Source: Trichosphaerium sp. ATCC 40318 (lineage: Eukaryota; Protista; Tubulinea). From it: a DNA stretch of 64,000 nt. The notes beneath the pieces were generated by a model. That model did not search any database. It was given only the letters and a program-made list of their open reading frames with translations, and had not been told where the DNA came from. Shown here one piece after another: positions 51,141 through 62,726 of this stretch. The stretch's first letter is position 1, and the number at the start of each line of letters is the position of its first letter. The stretch covers positions 1,118,366 to 1,182,365 of the forward strand of contig JALMLS010000322.1 in the NCBI GenBank assembly GCA_038496445.1. The letters are read 5' to 3'. The translations under genes were made by a program, and so were the position numbers.

Positions 51141-53879
51141 CTAGTTCATTTCGTCAAGTTTGGTGTATGTCGCAGCAGCCATTATCACGTCGCTGTTCAA
51201 ATCTCTTCGTAGGTGAAGGACACACCTCTCCAATGTGTGGTAAAGTTTGACGTGGTTTTCCATCAACGATAATTCTAAAAGGGGTTAGTGGCTAATCTCA
51301 AGAACACTAGTAAGGTAATCACAAGCTGCTCATTAAAAGCGCGCAAAGTTTCATGTGCGAGTAATGCTTGGGTGTACGTACTTCGCCATGTTTCTCTTTG
51401 GGACTTGTACAAGCAGTCGCGCATCATCGCCTTTGTAGGGTTCGATAGGAGCTGAGAATAGTCGCTCAATCCAACGTTAGGTACGATTGTTATATCTCCC
51501 TGTTTGATGCAGTTAGACAAACAACGATTTCAATAAAAGCAAGGACAGCAGTCCTGTCCGCATAGTGACCCGTTTTTGAAAAGATTGTAATGGTAATCAC
51601 GTACCTTGTATTGCTGTGACACCAAGTTATGTAACATGTTCAACTGTTGTGGCCACAAACCAAGATGTTCGAGCTGTTCGATTAAACAATTAGCACACGT
51701 GTACATACATATTTCTGCAATACAAAAAACCGTGCGTCTCAATGTGGTGTACCTGTAAGATGCGATGCTTAAGTTCGGACGTTATACAATATGCTGCTTT
51801 ACTAAGCAAGCTGTCGTTGATCTGATCTGTAGAGCTAATGAATGGTATAACGTGGGGATTAACCTAAAAATAAGGTCAACAAAACGTGCATGTGAATACT
51901 GAAGAGTAGGGTTTACCTGAGAAACAATAAAGTGATTCACGTTAAACAGCTCACGCAACCGTATCATAGGCAAGTCATTCTCAACGCTGCCATCAGAGCA
52001 CTTGATGCCCTTAGGATCATACCGTCCAATATTGCCATTCTCGTCTTTTGATTGAAGCTAAAAAACCGACGTGAATAACAAAAAGACATGCTTAAAAGCC
52101 AAAATGTAAAATATAGATGCCACGCGTGTAAGTAGATTGTTGAAGCTCTAAATGTGGTTCACCTACCTCTACAGGTTCGTATAAAAATGCTAGCGCACAT
52201 GAAGCGAGTGCTGCAGAGAAAACAAGAACCTACCCGAGGTTTAACGTCAACGTGAGGAAAACAAACAAGTTCAATGACTAGCGCGCGTACATTAGGTGCT
52301 GTGATGTAGTTTAAGAGGCGCGGATGATCGAACGTCTTGTTGCTGCACACTGTAATGTTGAGGATACAGCCAGTGCGCTGGTATGCCTCTTGAAAGGTGA
52401 CATTGCCGATATTCGATCTAATGCAATCACCGAGCTTATTGATGTCCATCAACACGCCTAGAGACTGGAATCAACAAAAATAACGGGCGATGATAGAGCT
52501 AAAGAGTGGAAAGAAGGATTGTTTGTACCTTTTGTCATTAATCGTGCCAATTTTCTGTTTAGTGATCCTTCAGAATCGAATGCCTCAAATTGTAGATCTT
52601 CAAATTCGTTTTCAAGCATCTTTGAGAGCTCAGATCTGGTCTTTGTACCTAAATTCATCTTTTTTTTAAAATGGATGCCTCGCCATTGTTTAAAACTTTT
52701 TTCACTAGCGTACCAACGAATGAAGCAATAATAGAACCAATACTAGATCCAGAAATAATTTTGGGTAAAATATCTAGATGAACAAATCAGAAAAAGCGAA
52801 TAACTTGTCCAGTTTTAGTTCTTTTTTTTCTATTTTGGATTTTTTTTGAAAAAAGATCTTCTCGACGTACCATTGTCGTGTAATACTTTGATGACACCCA
52901 AATGGTATAATCCTAATGTAGCACCACCACTGAGACACAATGCTGTTCTACCATATGCTTGACGTGCGGCAAAGAAGAATTCAAACTTTTGCTGCGTATT
53001 AATGTAAGTAGAAATCACGTGGCAGTATTTTCGTTTTTGGATTGTGTGGGTTCAAAAATAAAAGCTCCGTTGATACAGCTAACACAGACCACGTGGGTAA
53101 TGGTGTAATCTGTGCTAGGCGCATACTCGGGTATTCTGTAATTTGGGTGACTAGCGCTAGAGCCGCGGTTTTGGTACCTGTAGAGATACTGTTTTAAAGT
53201 TGCTGTGACATATGATGCGAAGAAGCTCGTCTGTTTCGTTTGTGTACTCCTCTATCAATTGTTTGGTACCAAAGTAACATTTCTCGTATAGTTTTGGGTT
53301 TCCAATGCCGGAAAAATTACGTCGCATCCCTTTAGGAAGATTATAAGCAAAATGTCGTCCCAAAAAAAAAAAAAAAAAAAAAAAAAACAACAAGAAAAAA
53401 AATTGTACCGTTACGGAGGAATAATAAAACTTCTTGAATATTCTCTGCGCTCAGTTTTGCCTTGTAGTATCGTAGCATAGCTAAGCGGTTTCGAATTGTT
53501 GTGTAGTCGTAAATATTCGATTCATCCATCTCTTTCCATTCATTGTTTCCTGAAATTCGCGTTAAAGGGCTGTGGCTTCGGGTATAGCAACACTACCTAG
53601 CTTTTTGTCGAGGGATAACGCTGCTTCTTTCCAAGTGGCGTAATCCTCGCTACTATCGAGTACATTGGTCAACCTTTCAAGTTCTTCTTTGTCTGGGTAT
53701 ACTGTTGTGAGTAGTGCCTAAAAATGTTACACTCTGAATTCCGCTCACCACGGAGATGTATATACATGTGCTGGTGCCCTTTAGAAGGGTGGCGCACAAA
53801 AGTAGGCTTTTTGCTCAAAGGTTGTTGAATGTACCTTTGGTAAGAACGCACTAGCTGCCCAGTACGCGTATGAAGTCAT
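51141..53879 (-). CDS. patatin-domain triacylglycerol lipase (TGL3/4/5-SDP1 type)
   Basis: GTKQLIEEY; [20 protein letters not shown]; IISGSSIGS (GxSxG); [10 protein letters not shown]; [23 protein letters not shown]. Confidence 0.9.
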
Positions 53880-54333
53880 TTTTATGCTAGAAATTTACTA
53901 CTGTACTTGGGTTATCCTGCCAATCACAAACTTTCAGTTACTTATATAGATACCTAGTGCTAAAGTGCTGGGTGTGGCTGTTGACTTATTTGAATTTTGA
54001 AATGATTTTTGTTTTTGCTGTCGCTTAATGTGGCGTCTTTAAGCACTGCGAGCCCATACTGTAGTAATGATTAAATGCAACTTACGACACTGACCCATGT
54101 CTGTGTAGCATCGTAAAACGTCAGTATGCGAAAATAGTTTCAAGGAAGCCAATTCAGGTATTACTACCAATCCAACTATTAAAAATTTCTGATTTGTATT
54201 TATACATGGTGGAACTACAACGTAGATCATATGTGGCGAAATTGCTATACATGATGACGTGATGAATTCCTCTGGGAGTTCAAATATGATTAACCAATTT
54301 AGAGACAGATCGCCACTACTGTAGCCAATGAGG

Positions 54334-56127
54334 TTATTGAGGTTTTACCTTTGGGTGTGGAATGTATGGCACGCCACTGCAAATGAGTTTAAGCGCTTGC
54401 CAATGTATACCAGCAAAGACCTTGAACGTCATCAAAGGATGCTTCGCTAAGATCCACAGTAGATTAGATTGTGTCACTTCATGCCTTTGCACGTGCAATG
54501 ACGCCTATGACAGAAAAATTGGTATGTAAAGTAAAAAAACCCTTCCGTACAATAAAATTGAGCTTTTGTGTCGTTTCGTGTGTCATAAGCCAAGTCATCT
54601 GTAGCAAACGGGTTAGTACGCTGTTTCAGTATAGAAAAATTGGATGCATACATTCCAGTTCTCGTTGGGCGTATCGTACTTTGCTCGATAGTCATAATGC
54701 ATTTTAAAAAATGGAGAAACATGCCTGGACAACGCCGATATTAGCAGATAGACTCAAAGGCAGAAGAAATAAAAACCATGACGTACATTATTTTAGTGAA
54801 TTTGTCTGTCATTCTCTTGGGGTTTAGTGGAGTGCAGGCGTGGGTGTAGTAGCATTTTTCACCCCTAGCACAAATGAGTTAGATTTACTGGCGTTGATCG
54901 GTGTATACAGCGGTACCAAGGTGTGTTGGTTACTTCAGAGAGCATGGCGACCAGCTTGCCAGATTCATCCTTGCACCAATAATACGAGATTGGATTAAAA
55001 GTGTATCCCCAGTACCGCCAGTTTGTAAGCAAGTAAACCTTACCTAACATTAAAACAGGTTAGTATTTCTGAAATGCAGGAAGCTGCCTTATGTTCAAAA
55101 ACACAAACCTGACACTTTCTTTCCTGTATCTTGGAATACCTTTTCGTGCACTTGTTCACGACTCAAGTATTCTGATTTGCGTAAATAACCCAACGCTGGC
55201 TTTTGTGAGTCTCCTACAAGTGAACTGTTTTTAGTTCATCATTTATACTAGATATTGACCTTTGACCAGTGCGTACCTGTGTCATTGCTTGACCATAGCC
55301 AATACTGATCAAAGGCATAATCAGTATCATCGTTGAGTTCAATCATCATCATGAAAACATCATAAGAAAATTTATGATCACGTGGCGATGTATCCGTCTT
55401 GAAACGACGATGGAATACTGATCCAGCGTAGATGTATTTCTCTACATGAAATGCTCTGGATGCTAGAATCTTTTCATTCGGGCCGTTCAGGTCGCCGACA
55501 AGTCCAAATAAATTGAGTACAACGAGCACTTGGTAGGTCATATCGAATTCCCACAACTGATGTGCAAAATTAGCGGCTAAAACGTCCGCTTTGTGATTGT
55601 TTTGATAACCTGTCAACTGTCAACAATGTGTTCAACCGTGTCGTGGAGGATAAGGGTGTTACCTTGACCTGCTGTGAGTAGCGCTACAATCGTGTTATTC
55701 ACGCCATCCGCTTTGTACGATTTGGTGCCATAAAACCCCACTTCGAGGCATCTGTTAGCGAGATAAAGCAAAATCTCTGGTATTATAACGCCACTCAACA
55801 CGCCGAACCTACAATGCGTTAAAACAATACGGATTTAACGCTCACCATAACGCAGATACCACTGACGCTGCTATCCATACAATTACGCGCAACAGGGTTG
55901 ACGCAAAACTCGTTCTTAGCGCCTACTGTTCTTCAATCATTACGCAAATGCGCTTAAAGTACCTTTGAGTGTATATTGACGCATGACAAGAGATAAAGAA
56001 CGGTAGTTGTAAAAGCTGGTGCGGTAAAAAGTTTCTCCTTGTGCCTCAGGACGATATTACTTGCTACTTGCCGCCATTGCGCTTGTAAAATGCCAATGGC
56101 GGTTAGCTGTACGAGATATCTTATCAT
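54334..56127 (-). CDS. DUF1365 (UfaO-like) protein with N-terminal degenerate delta-9 fatty-acid-desaturase-like domain
   Basis: DUF1365 motifs IYAGSVFHRRF..HKFSY, LLTNWRYWGYTFNPISYYWC, EVTNTPWGE, HVSPFF, IHWQALKL..GVPYIPHP; N-terminal NNTIVALLTAGQGYQNNHKA..WEFDMTYQVL..LFGLVGDL. Confidence 0.85.
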
Positions 56128-56271
56128 GACGATTCCCTTTATTCGCGCTATATCCTAATGGCACGTTATATAGCGTATGCACCAAATGTAGGTTTATTGC
56201 GCTTGAGACAGCATCACTTAAGCGAGTAGACGAAGTCGCTCTTATAAGTGTTCCAAAAAACCTAAACCACT

Positions 56272-58827
56272 ATGGCCACTATTCGCGACATTGTACTAGG
56301 CATACGCCACGCGGTATGTAAGCGTATTCACATACCATACATTAACAATTATCAAGACAAGCGCTGCAGATAAAAACCAGGTTCAAAAATTGACTTCGGA
56401 GGAATATAGAGATATACAGCGGTTCAAATTACGTGGGTAAGCGCAAAATAACAAGTAATGTTTTTTGAGTTGTGCACGTGGTTTGGATAGCAGATCTACG
56501 CCAAAACAAAACGCAAAACAGTCTGTGTATACGCCCTAACACTGTCCTTTAGAGACGAAGAATTTGAGATAAAAGCCTACGCTCCTCACGTATTCCATCA
56601 CTTGCGCAAGATACATGGTATTAGCGCCAAGTCCTTTTTGGTGCGTCTTCTTTTTTTTGTAATGTCTGTTTTCGCCTGTCTTGTATTGCTTGTATCGTCC
56701 ATTGTTACAAACGGTATTAGGGTTCTTGGATATTACCCGCTAAAAAAGAGGATGTAACCCTGGATGAGTCGACAGGGCGGTCAGGATCAATGTTCTACAT
56801 GACCGAGGATAAGAAGTATTTTTTCAAGACGATCCTACACGCAGAGGCACGTGTCGATGGTTGTCACTTTTTGTTTTTGACATTGGCACAGGTTGGTGCG
56901 TTGATGGTAATGTTAGAAGACTACGTCAAGGTATGCCCGGTTTTTAACAGTGAGTTTCTTGTGGATATTGAGTTGCCTACTACTACAGCATTTGAACAAA
57001 CACAAGCGATCTTTCATAATGAAAGTCTTTGGGATGTATCGCTTAGAAACTGGACGGTAATGACGGTGTAGTAAACATGCTTTGACTGATTTCCCTATTA
57101 GAACAGTGAAGCCAACACAAACATGGTTGATTGTTATGGGTAATGTGTTACCTACAAGACTGAAGATACACGAAAAGTACGGCTTTCTGAACGGTTTAGT
57201 AAAAGTTAATTGTTGTGTTCTCAAGATATGATTTAAAAGGACGAACAGCAAAACCTGGAAAGAGTTACGCTGAGCGTGGAAAGACGTCTGAAGGACCTGT
57301 GAAGGATAATGAGATTAATAGAATATTAAAGTTTATTCAGTACTACTACTACAACCACCTCTGTAAACAGTGCTGACAAAGGTTAGTGAAGACGACAAGA
57401 AGTTATTCATCAAGCAGGTGACGGACGATATAAATGTAAGCACTTTTTTTGACGCCAGTTTTTTTGACTTAAATAATTGTTTAGCTTCTTGGCAGGAAAA
57501 ATATTATGGATTATTCCCTGTTAGTTGGTTAGGCCCAATTCTTATTTACTTTTTGTAACATCCGTGTGACAGGTATTCACCATGTTGGGGAACTTGACAA
57601 GGACGAGATGGATAAAGTAGATCAAGTTATTGAAACTGGTTCTGATCCTGAAAGGCCACGTGATATTGCAGAAAATGCTTCAGAGGTTCATCTTTAAATA
57701 TTATTTCTTGTGTATTTGTATTAACTCTTCTTGAAGGATGAAAAATCCAGCGATTCTGGAGAAGCAAAAGCACCAGAGAGTGGTGCTGAAGAAAAAACAG
57801 AAAAGAAACATGGAAGGCAAAGGAAGAAGGCTGTATCTGAGGGCGCAAAATCTAAGCCAAAAAAAAAGAAGGAATCATTTGGCGAAAACTTGTATACTGT
57901 CATGGTAATACCCCATGAATTAAGGTCTTTCTTTAAAACCAACGTAGGTTGACGATATAGCTCCGCTTAAATCAGATATAAACACGTGGGACACCAAGAA
58001 GATATTGGAAGAGGAACGTTTCATGGCAGAAAGCTGCAAAAGGTATGTTTGCTTATTGCTAGCCATAATAACGGTTTTTTTCTTCAAGTCCTTTTGGATT
58101 CGGTATGGAATGTGAGAATCCTACCACTGGTGGTAAAGAGGCACGACATGCGTAATAGACATATCGTGAATAATTGTGCTGATATATTAGATTGTGTTTA
58201 TAGGCATCATCGATTGTCTCACCAACTACCATCTTGGCAAGCGTGTTGCTCATTTTATGAAAAAGTTTATTTGGTATGTGACTCTTTAAGGCATTTCGTT
58301 TAGAAACCAACATCACCCTAATTTTGTGCGCTTAGGGAGTCTTCAACACTATCAACGGCATAACTTTTCATTTCATTAGAGTACGATGTACTAATTGTGC
58401 TAACTGTAGGTCCGTGCCGAGTTTTATGCTGAAAGATTCTGGCATTTTATGACCCACGATTTAATCGGTGAAGAAGTAGATCCAGACAAGGAAGAAACAA
58501 GGCACGTGACCTTTTTATTTTCAGTGTACGTTTCAACTCAAATTGTACTAACTAGCAGCTCGATTAGGATAAAGACAGACGAGCCACAGCTCATTCCAGA
58601 GCTTCGTGTTAACACTGATAGGTAACCCATTACCCATTCAGTTAAATGTTCCTCCTTACACATGTGCCAATAGGGTAAGAAAGCGCAGTCGTAGTTTGGG
58701 ATATGGCAACGTACGAAGGAACACCATCAGCGGGCACACGCCGTTTAAAGGTGAAAAAAAAGAAGGAGAAGAGAAAGATGGTGGCAACAAGGATCAGGAC
58801 GCTGAAGAACAACATTCTTTTGAGTGA
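56272..58827 (+). CDS. phosphatidylinositol-phosphate kinase (PIP5K family)
   Basis: KAYAPHVFHHLR; STGRSGSMFYMTEDKKYFFKTI; YDLKG; IMDYSLLVG; GIIDCLTNY; FYAERF. Confidence 0.9.
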
Positions 58828-59232
58828 GATCGGCATGCTATTCAGTTCTTGCACATGTCTTTCGAGTAAATACCAATCCTATTAATAAATAACGTTACGC
58901 CAGCACACCTCTTGTTCGTACGATTAGGCTCTTGCGACATTCAATACCAACTATTATACTGTTGCTGGCTTGCAATACAGCTTGATACAGCAGCAAATAC
59001 GATTAAAAGAGCTGATATGTGCAATGGGCTAAAAAGGCAAGTCAATTCAAACTTAGACTTAATTAATTTACTGTTTCTTTTCTTTAAAAACGTTTACAAT
59101 CTATCTGATGTGGCATAGCTGCTAAATACCAACAAACAGCAGTAAAACTGTGTTAATAGTAACGTGCTTTACATTGTGCGACACCTTATTTGGATCCATT
59201 ACAGTGCAGGTTATTGTTCAAGCTAGTCATAA

Positions 59233-60351
59233 TCAAGTGAAATAGTGAATATATTGAATACCCATTGACTCAACAGCCTCTTTTGTAACTTTAGAAAAGA
59301 GTGTTGCAACACGTTTTAGCGATTTGAGATATTTCAAACAATCATTTGTAATATTATCACATCCACACAGTTTGAGGTGTTCAAGGTTGATCAATGTCTT
59401 TAAACCCAAGTCTGTTATCCTAGGGGAATAAACAAGATGAAGGTATTTGGCATTAATCAATGCTTTGATGCCATCATCTGTAAGATTATTTCTCCCACCA
59501 TTAATACGAATTGACTGCACATTGCAAAGGAGTCGGAGCCACGAATCCTTTGGGTCAGAAAGATGAATCTCGTGAACATCTTTGAGTGCCTTGATCGCTT
59601 CAATAGTAATAAGACGTGTAGAACCAGTCAGCTTAATTGTGTGTACACCAACAAGACTTTGGATTGCTTCATCTGTTACTACACGCATGTAGCTCAGGTC
59701 AATATTATGCACACCAGCAAGCGACATTATACCTTTAGCAGTCACATGAGTTTCATTCAAAGCAATAGTGTGCACTCCAGCGAGTGCTTTTACACCTTCA
59801 TCTGTCACTTGTGTACCCTCCAGATTAATATTATGAACACCTTTAAGGGCTTGTATACCTACATTTGTCACTTCAGTGTAACTAAGATCAATTGTATGAA
59901 CACCAGCAAGTGCTATAACACCTTCATCTGTCACTTGAGTGTAACCAAGATTAATCTGATGAACGCCAGCAAGTAATTTGACACCTTGATCATCAATATC
60001 AGCCTCAAAAAGGTTGATCGTATGTACTCCAGCAAGCCATTTCATACCTTCTGCTGTTATATAACTTTTATGAAGAGCAATGCTATGGACGCCTGCAAAT
60101 TGTTCCAGAAGCTCATCTGATGGAAACCCCTCAGAATCAAATGCCAGCAATTTGATTTCTGTGTGTTTCATGATCCCTTTATGTTTTACAACCTGTTTCG
60201 CTTGTTTAGCCGTCCTTATCCTCACACTATGATAGCCGATAATGTCATGAATAATAGAAGAAAAGAGACAACATGTTTGACAAGCTGCAAATCGATCTTT
60301 TATATTTTCTAAAATACTTGCTAGAATCTCGATAGGTATATCCAATAACAT
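59233..60351 (-). CDS. intronless F-box + leucine-rich repeat protein (372 aa)
   Basis: F-box-like MLLDIPIEILASIL; ~22-aa repeats GVHTINLxxTxVTDEGVxALA. Confidence 0.85.
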   Translation of the reverse strand: MLLDIPIEILASILENIKDRFAACQTCCLFSSIIHDIIGYHSVRIRTAKQAKQVVKHKGIMKHTEIKLLAFDSEGFPSDELLEQFAGVHSIALHKSYITAEGMKWLAGVHTINLFEADIDDQGVKLLAGVHQINLGYTQVTDEGVIALAGVHTIDLSYTEVTNVGIQALKGVHNINLEGTQVTDEGVKALAGVHTIALNETHVTAKGIMSLAGVHNIDLSYMRVVTDEAIQSLVGVHTIKLTGSTRLITIEAIKALKDVHEIHLSDPKDSWLRLLCNVQSIRINGGRNNLTDDGIKALINAKYLHLVYSPRITDLGLKTLINLEHLKLCGCDNITNDCLKYLKSLKRVATLFSKVTKEAVESMGIQYIHYFT

Positions 60352-61005
60352 TGTTTCAGCACTAGTAGTATTTTAGAATGATATTTAAACAACAACAGAG
60401 GTTCTTAATAATATAAGAAACGTAGTAGGTGCATTTAACCTGAAATAACGCCATTTTAATTTAAAACGTTGTCATCACATTTCAGGTCAAACAAACCACG
60501 TCGTTGTATTTAATTTTTACCTTCGATTAATGCTTGCGTTAGACACCTGGTTGCATCGTTTGTTACTTCCATCCATGGTTACCGCCTACGTTCGTTGGTA
60601 TATTGCAACCCAGCGAGCTTGTTTTCTATGAGAAGTGTGACACGCGTTAAATTTAAAACTGTTGACTGTGTGAAGACCAAAAAACTTACTTTGTCGTAGC
60701 ACGTGGCTACGTGAAAACGCAATGAGATACATTCTGCAGGCATTTCTGCTAAGCGTACTCTGGTAGGACGCTTTGGTACTATCAAAGCAAAACGAACGTT
60801 AAAGCCATTCAGCTTAACAGCTCTGGGAAAGTATGTGATGTGCATAGTGAAGCCAACTGGATATTTTTTTTTGAGATGAGAAAGTCGTATTTAACAATCG
60901 ATTTTGTACGCTCTAACGTTGGAATCGACGGTATTCTACATTGGAGGCTCTACCGAAAAATAGTTGCACAACAAGTAAAGAGACTTAAAGACAAAGTTGG
61001 TTCGT

Positions 61006-62322
61006 TTATTGCTTTGCAGGTGTGCCTTCATAAGCCAGTTTCTCCTTGAGTACAAAGTCCCAAACAGTAGTCAAGCGCTTGTTAATATCAGCACGTGTGT
61101 CGTTACTAGTTTTTTGGTCCCACTGATAAAAACCTGTACCGGTCTTGATACCTTAAAAAAAAGCCAAGTTAGCAAAAAGCACTCCCAATTATAAAGTTTA
61201 GACGCACCAATGTGATTGTCGTCAACCTTTTTCTTGAGTGTTTTGCTTACAGTAGTGTCTTTGCAAAGCACCTTAAGCATTTCTGATTGGGCTTTACATG
61301 TTGTGTCCAAACCACTTACATCTTTTTGCATTAACAGACCAGTGATACACATACGTGGTCCAAGCATAAACTTTGCTACTTTATCAATTTCTTCAGCAGT
61401 AACAATTCCCTTATCAAGTAGATCGTATACTTCCCGGTACATAGCATGTTGTAGCCTGTTTGTAATAAATCTGAATCGCGTCAGTGAGGTAAAACAAATG
61501 GTTGATTAAACTCGTCCAAAAAAAGTACCCTTGTAGTGGTTTTTGCAGCAATACTACAGCCTTGCCAGCTGCTTCCAAAATATCTGAAACAATTTTAATG
61601 TTCTCATCTGAGGAGTCTTTCATCTTTGTGACTTCGACGACAGGATTTAGGTCTGCAGGTTGGTTAAAATGAGCGCCTACGAACCTAAGCAGTGAATAAG
61701 CATTCAACACAATTCACACAACACAGGAACTGATTCTATGAATTAATAGAATTTTGATAAATTCACGTGCCGTGAAGGGATATTGAAAGTATCAGCCATT
61801 TTTTGGAGGTCGAACGTTGATGTATTTGAAGCAACGATTGTCTAATGATTATGTGAGTTGACAGAAGCAGTTGAGATGAAACTTAAAAATTCCAAAGTAC
61901 TTTTTCGCTAAAATGAGCCTCAATTTGCTTGTACAAAGAAGTTTTCAATTCTTCCTTCTCTGGTATCGCCTATGATGCGTGTTATAGAGATAATAAATGA
62001 ATTTTTAATGAAGAACTGTATTTACCGAATACAATCGATGAAATAAGCCGTTCAAGGACTACCGACGCATAGGAACGGCGAAAACAAGGTTGACAGCACA
62101 AATAGCGCTCAAACGTACTTCGAATATTACATCGATGTCTTTATCGACTTCCTCAAGCGTCTCGTATCTAATAATATCATCTGGGGCATCGAATTTTTTT
62201 AGTTGCTCTTCAAACTTCTCAACCACGACCACACGGCTACCAACCGATTTTACAGTCTTGTATATGCCAGAACCCATTGTCCCAAACCCAATAACTGCTA
62301 TCGTATACTTTTTCTCAGCCAT
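61006..62322 (-). CDS. 3-hydroxyacyl-CoA (3-hydroxybutyryl-CoA) dehydrogenase family protein
   Basis: IAVIGFGTMGSGI; EAIPE; IVASNTSTF; GAHFNQP; NRLQHAMYRE; GIKTGTGFYQW. Confidence 0.88.
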
Positions 62323-62726
62323 AGCGTCTAGTTGTGCAACACTATCACAATAATAATTGATAATGCAGTAGCCTTAACTAAAACGGTCCTTCGCTTAATC
62401 CCATTAAAGCCGTTTTTCGCAAGCCGTTACATCAATGTACAAAGTGTGGTGCTATTGTGATAGTACTCGTATTGCACCACATCACAGCATCTACAGATGG
62501 AGTACATTATTATGGGAAGGCTCAAATGTTTTGGATAGTTCACGTGACTAAAAACGTGCCAAGTTTGCACTGTACAAAGTATCTCCAATTCAGATTACCT
62601 TACAGATTATTTACTTTACATTCTAACATACACTGTACACGATCCACAAGTATTCTACCACTTCGTCCATCTCTTTCTTTTTTGTTGTTGTTTTTTTTCT
62701 TTTTTTTATCCACAAGCGTTACAAAA

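Noticed and set aside
53362-53402. Long A/T homopolymer giving a poly-Phe ORF
   Set aside because: Intronic poly-T tract of the lipase gene, not coding and not a retro-tail
19171-62322. General enrichment of lipid genes (PTEN-like, PIS, Mdm35, ACAD8, PIP5K, HADH) as one supercluster
   Set aside because: Unrelated pathways interspersed with nuclear housekeeping genes; chance is sufficient
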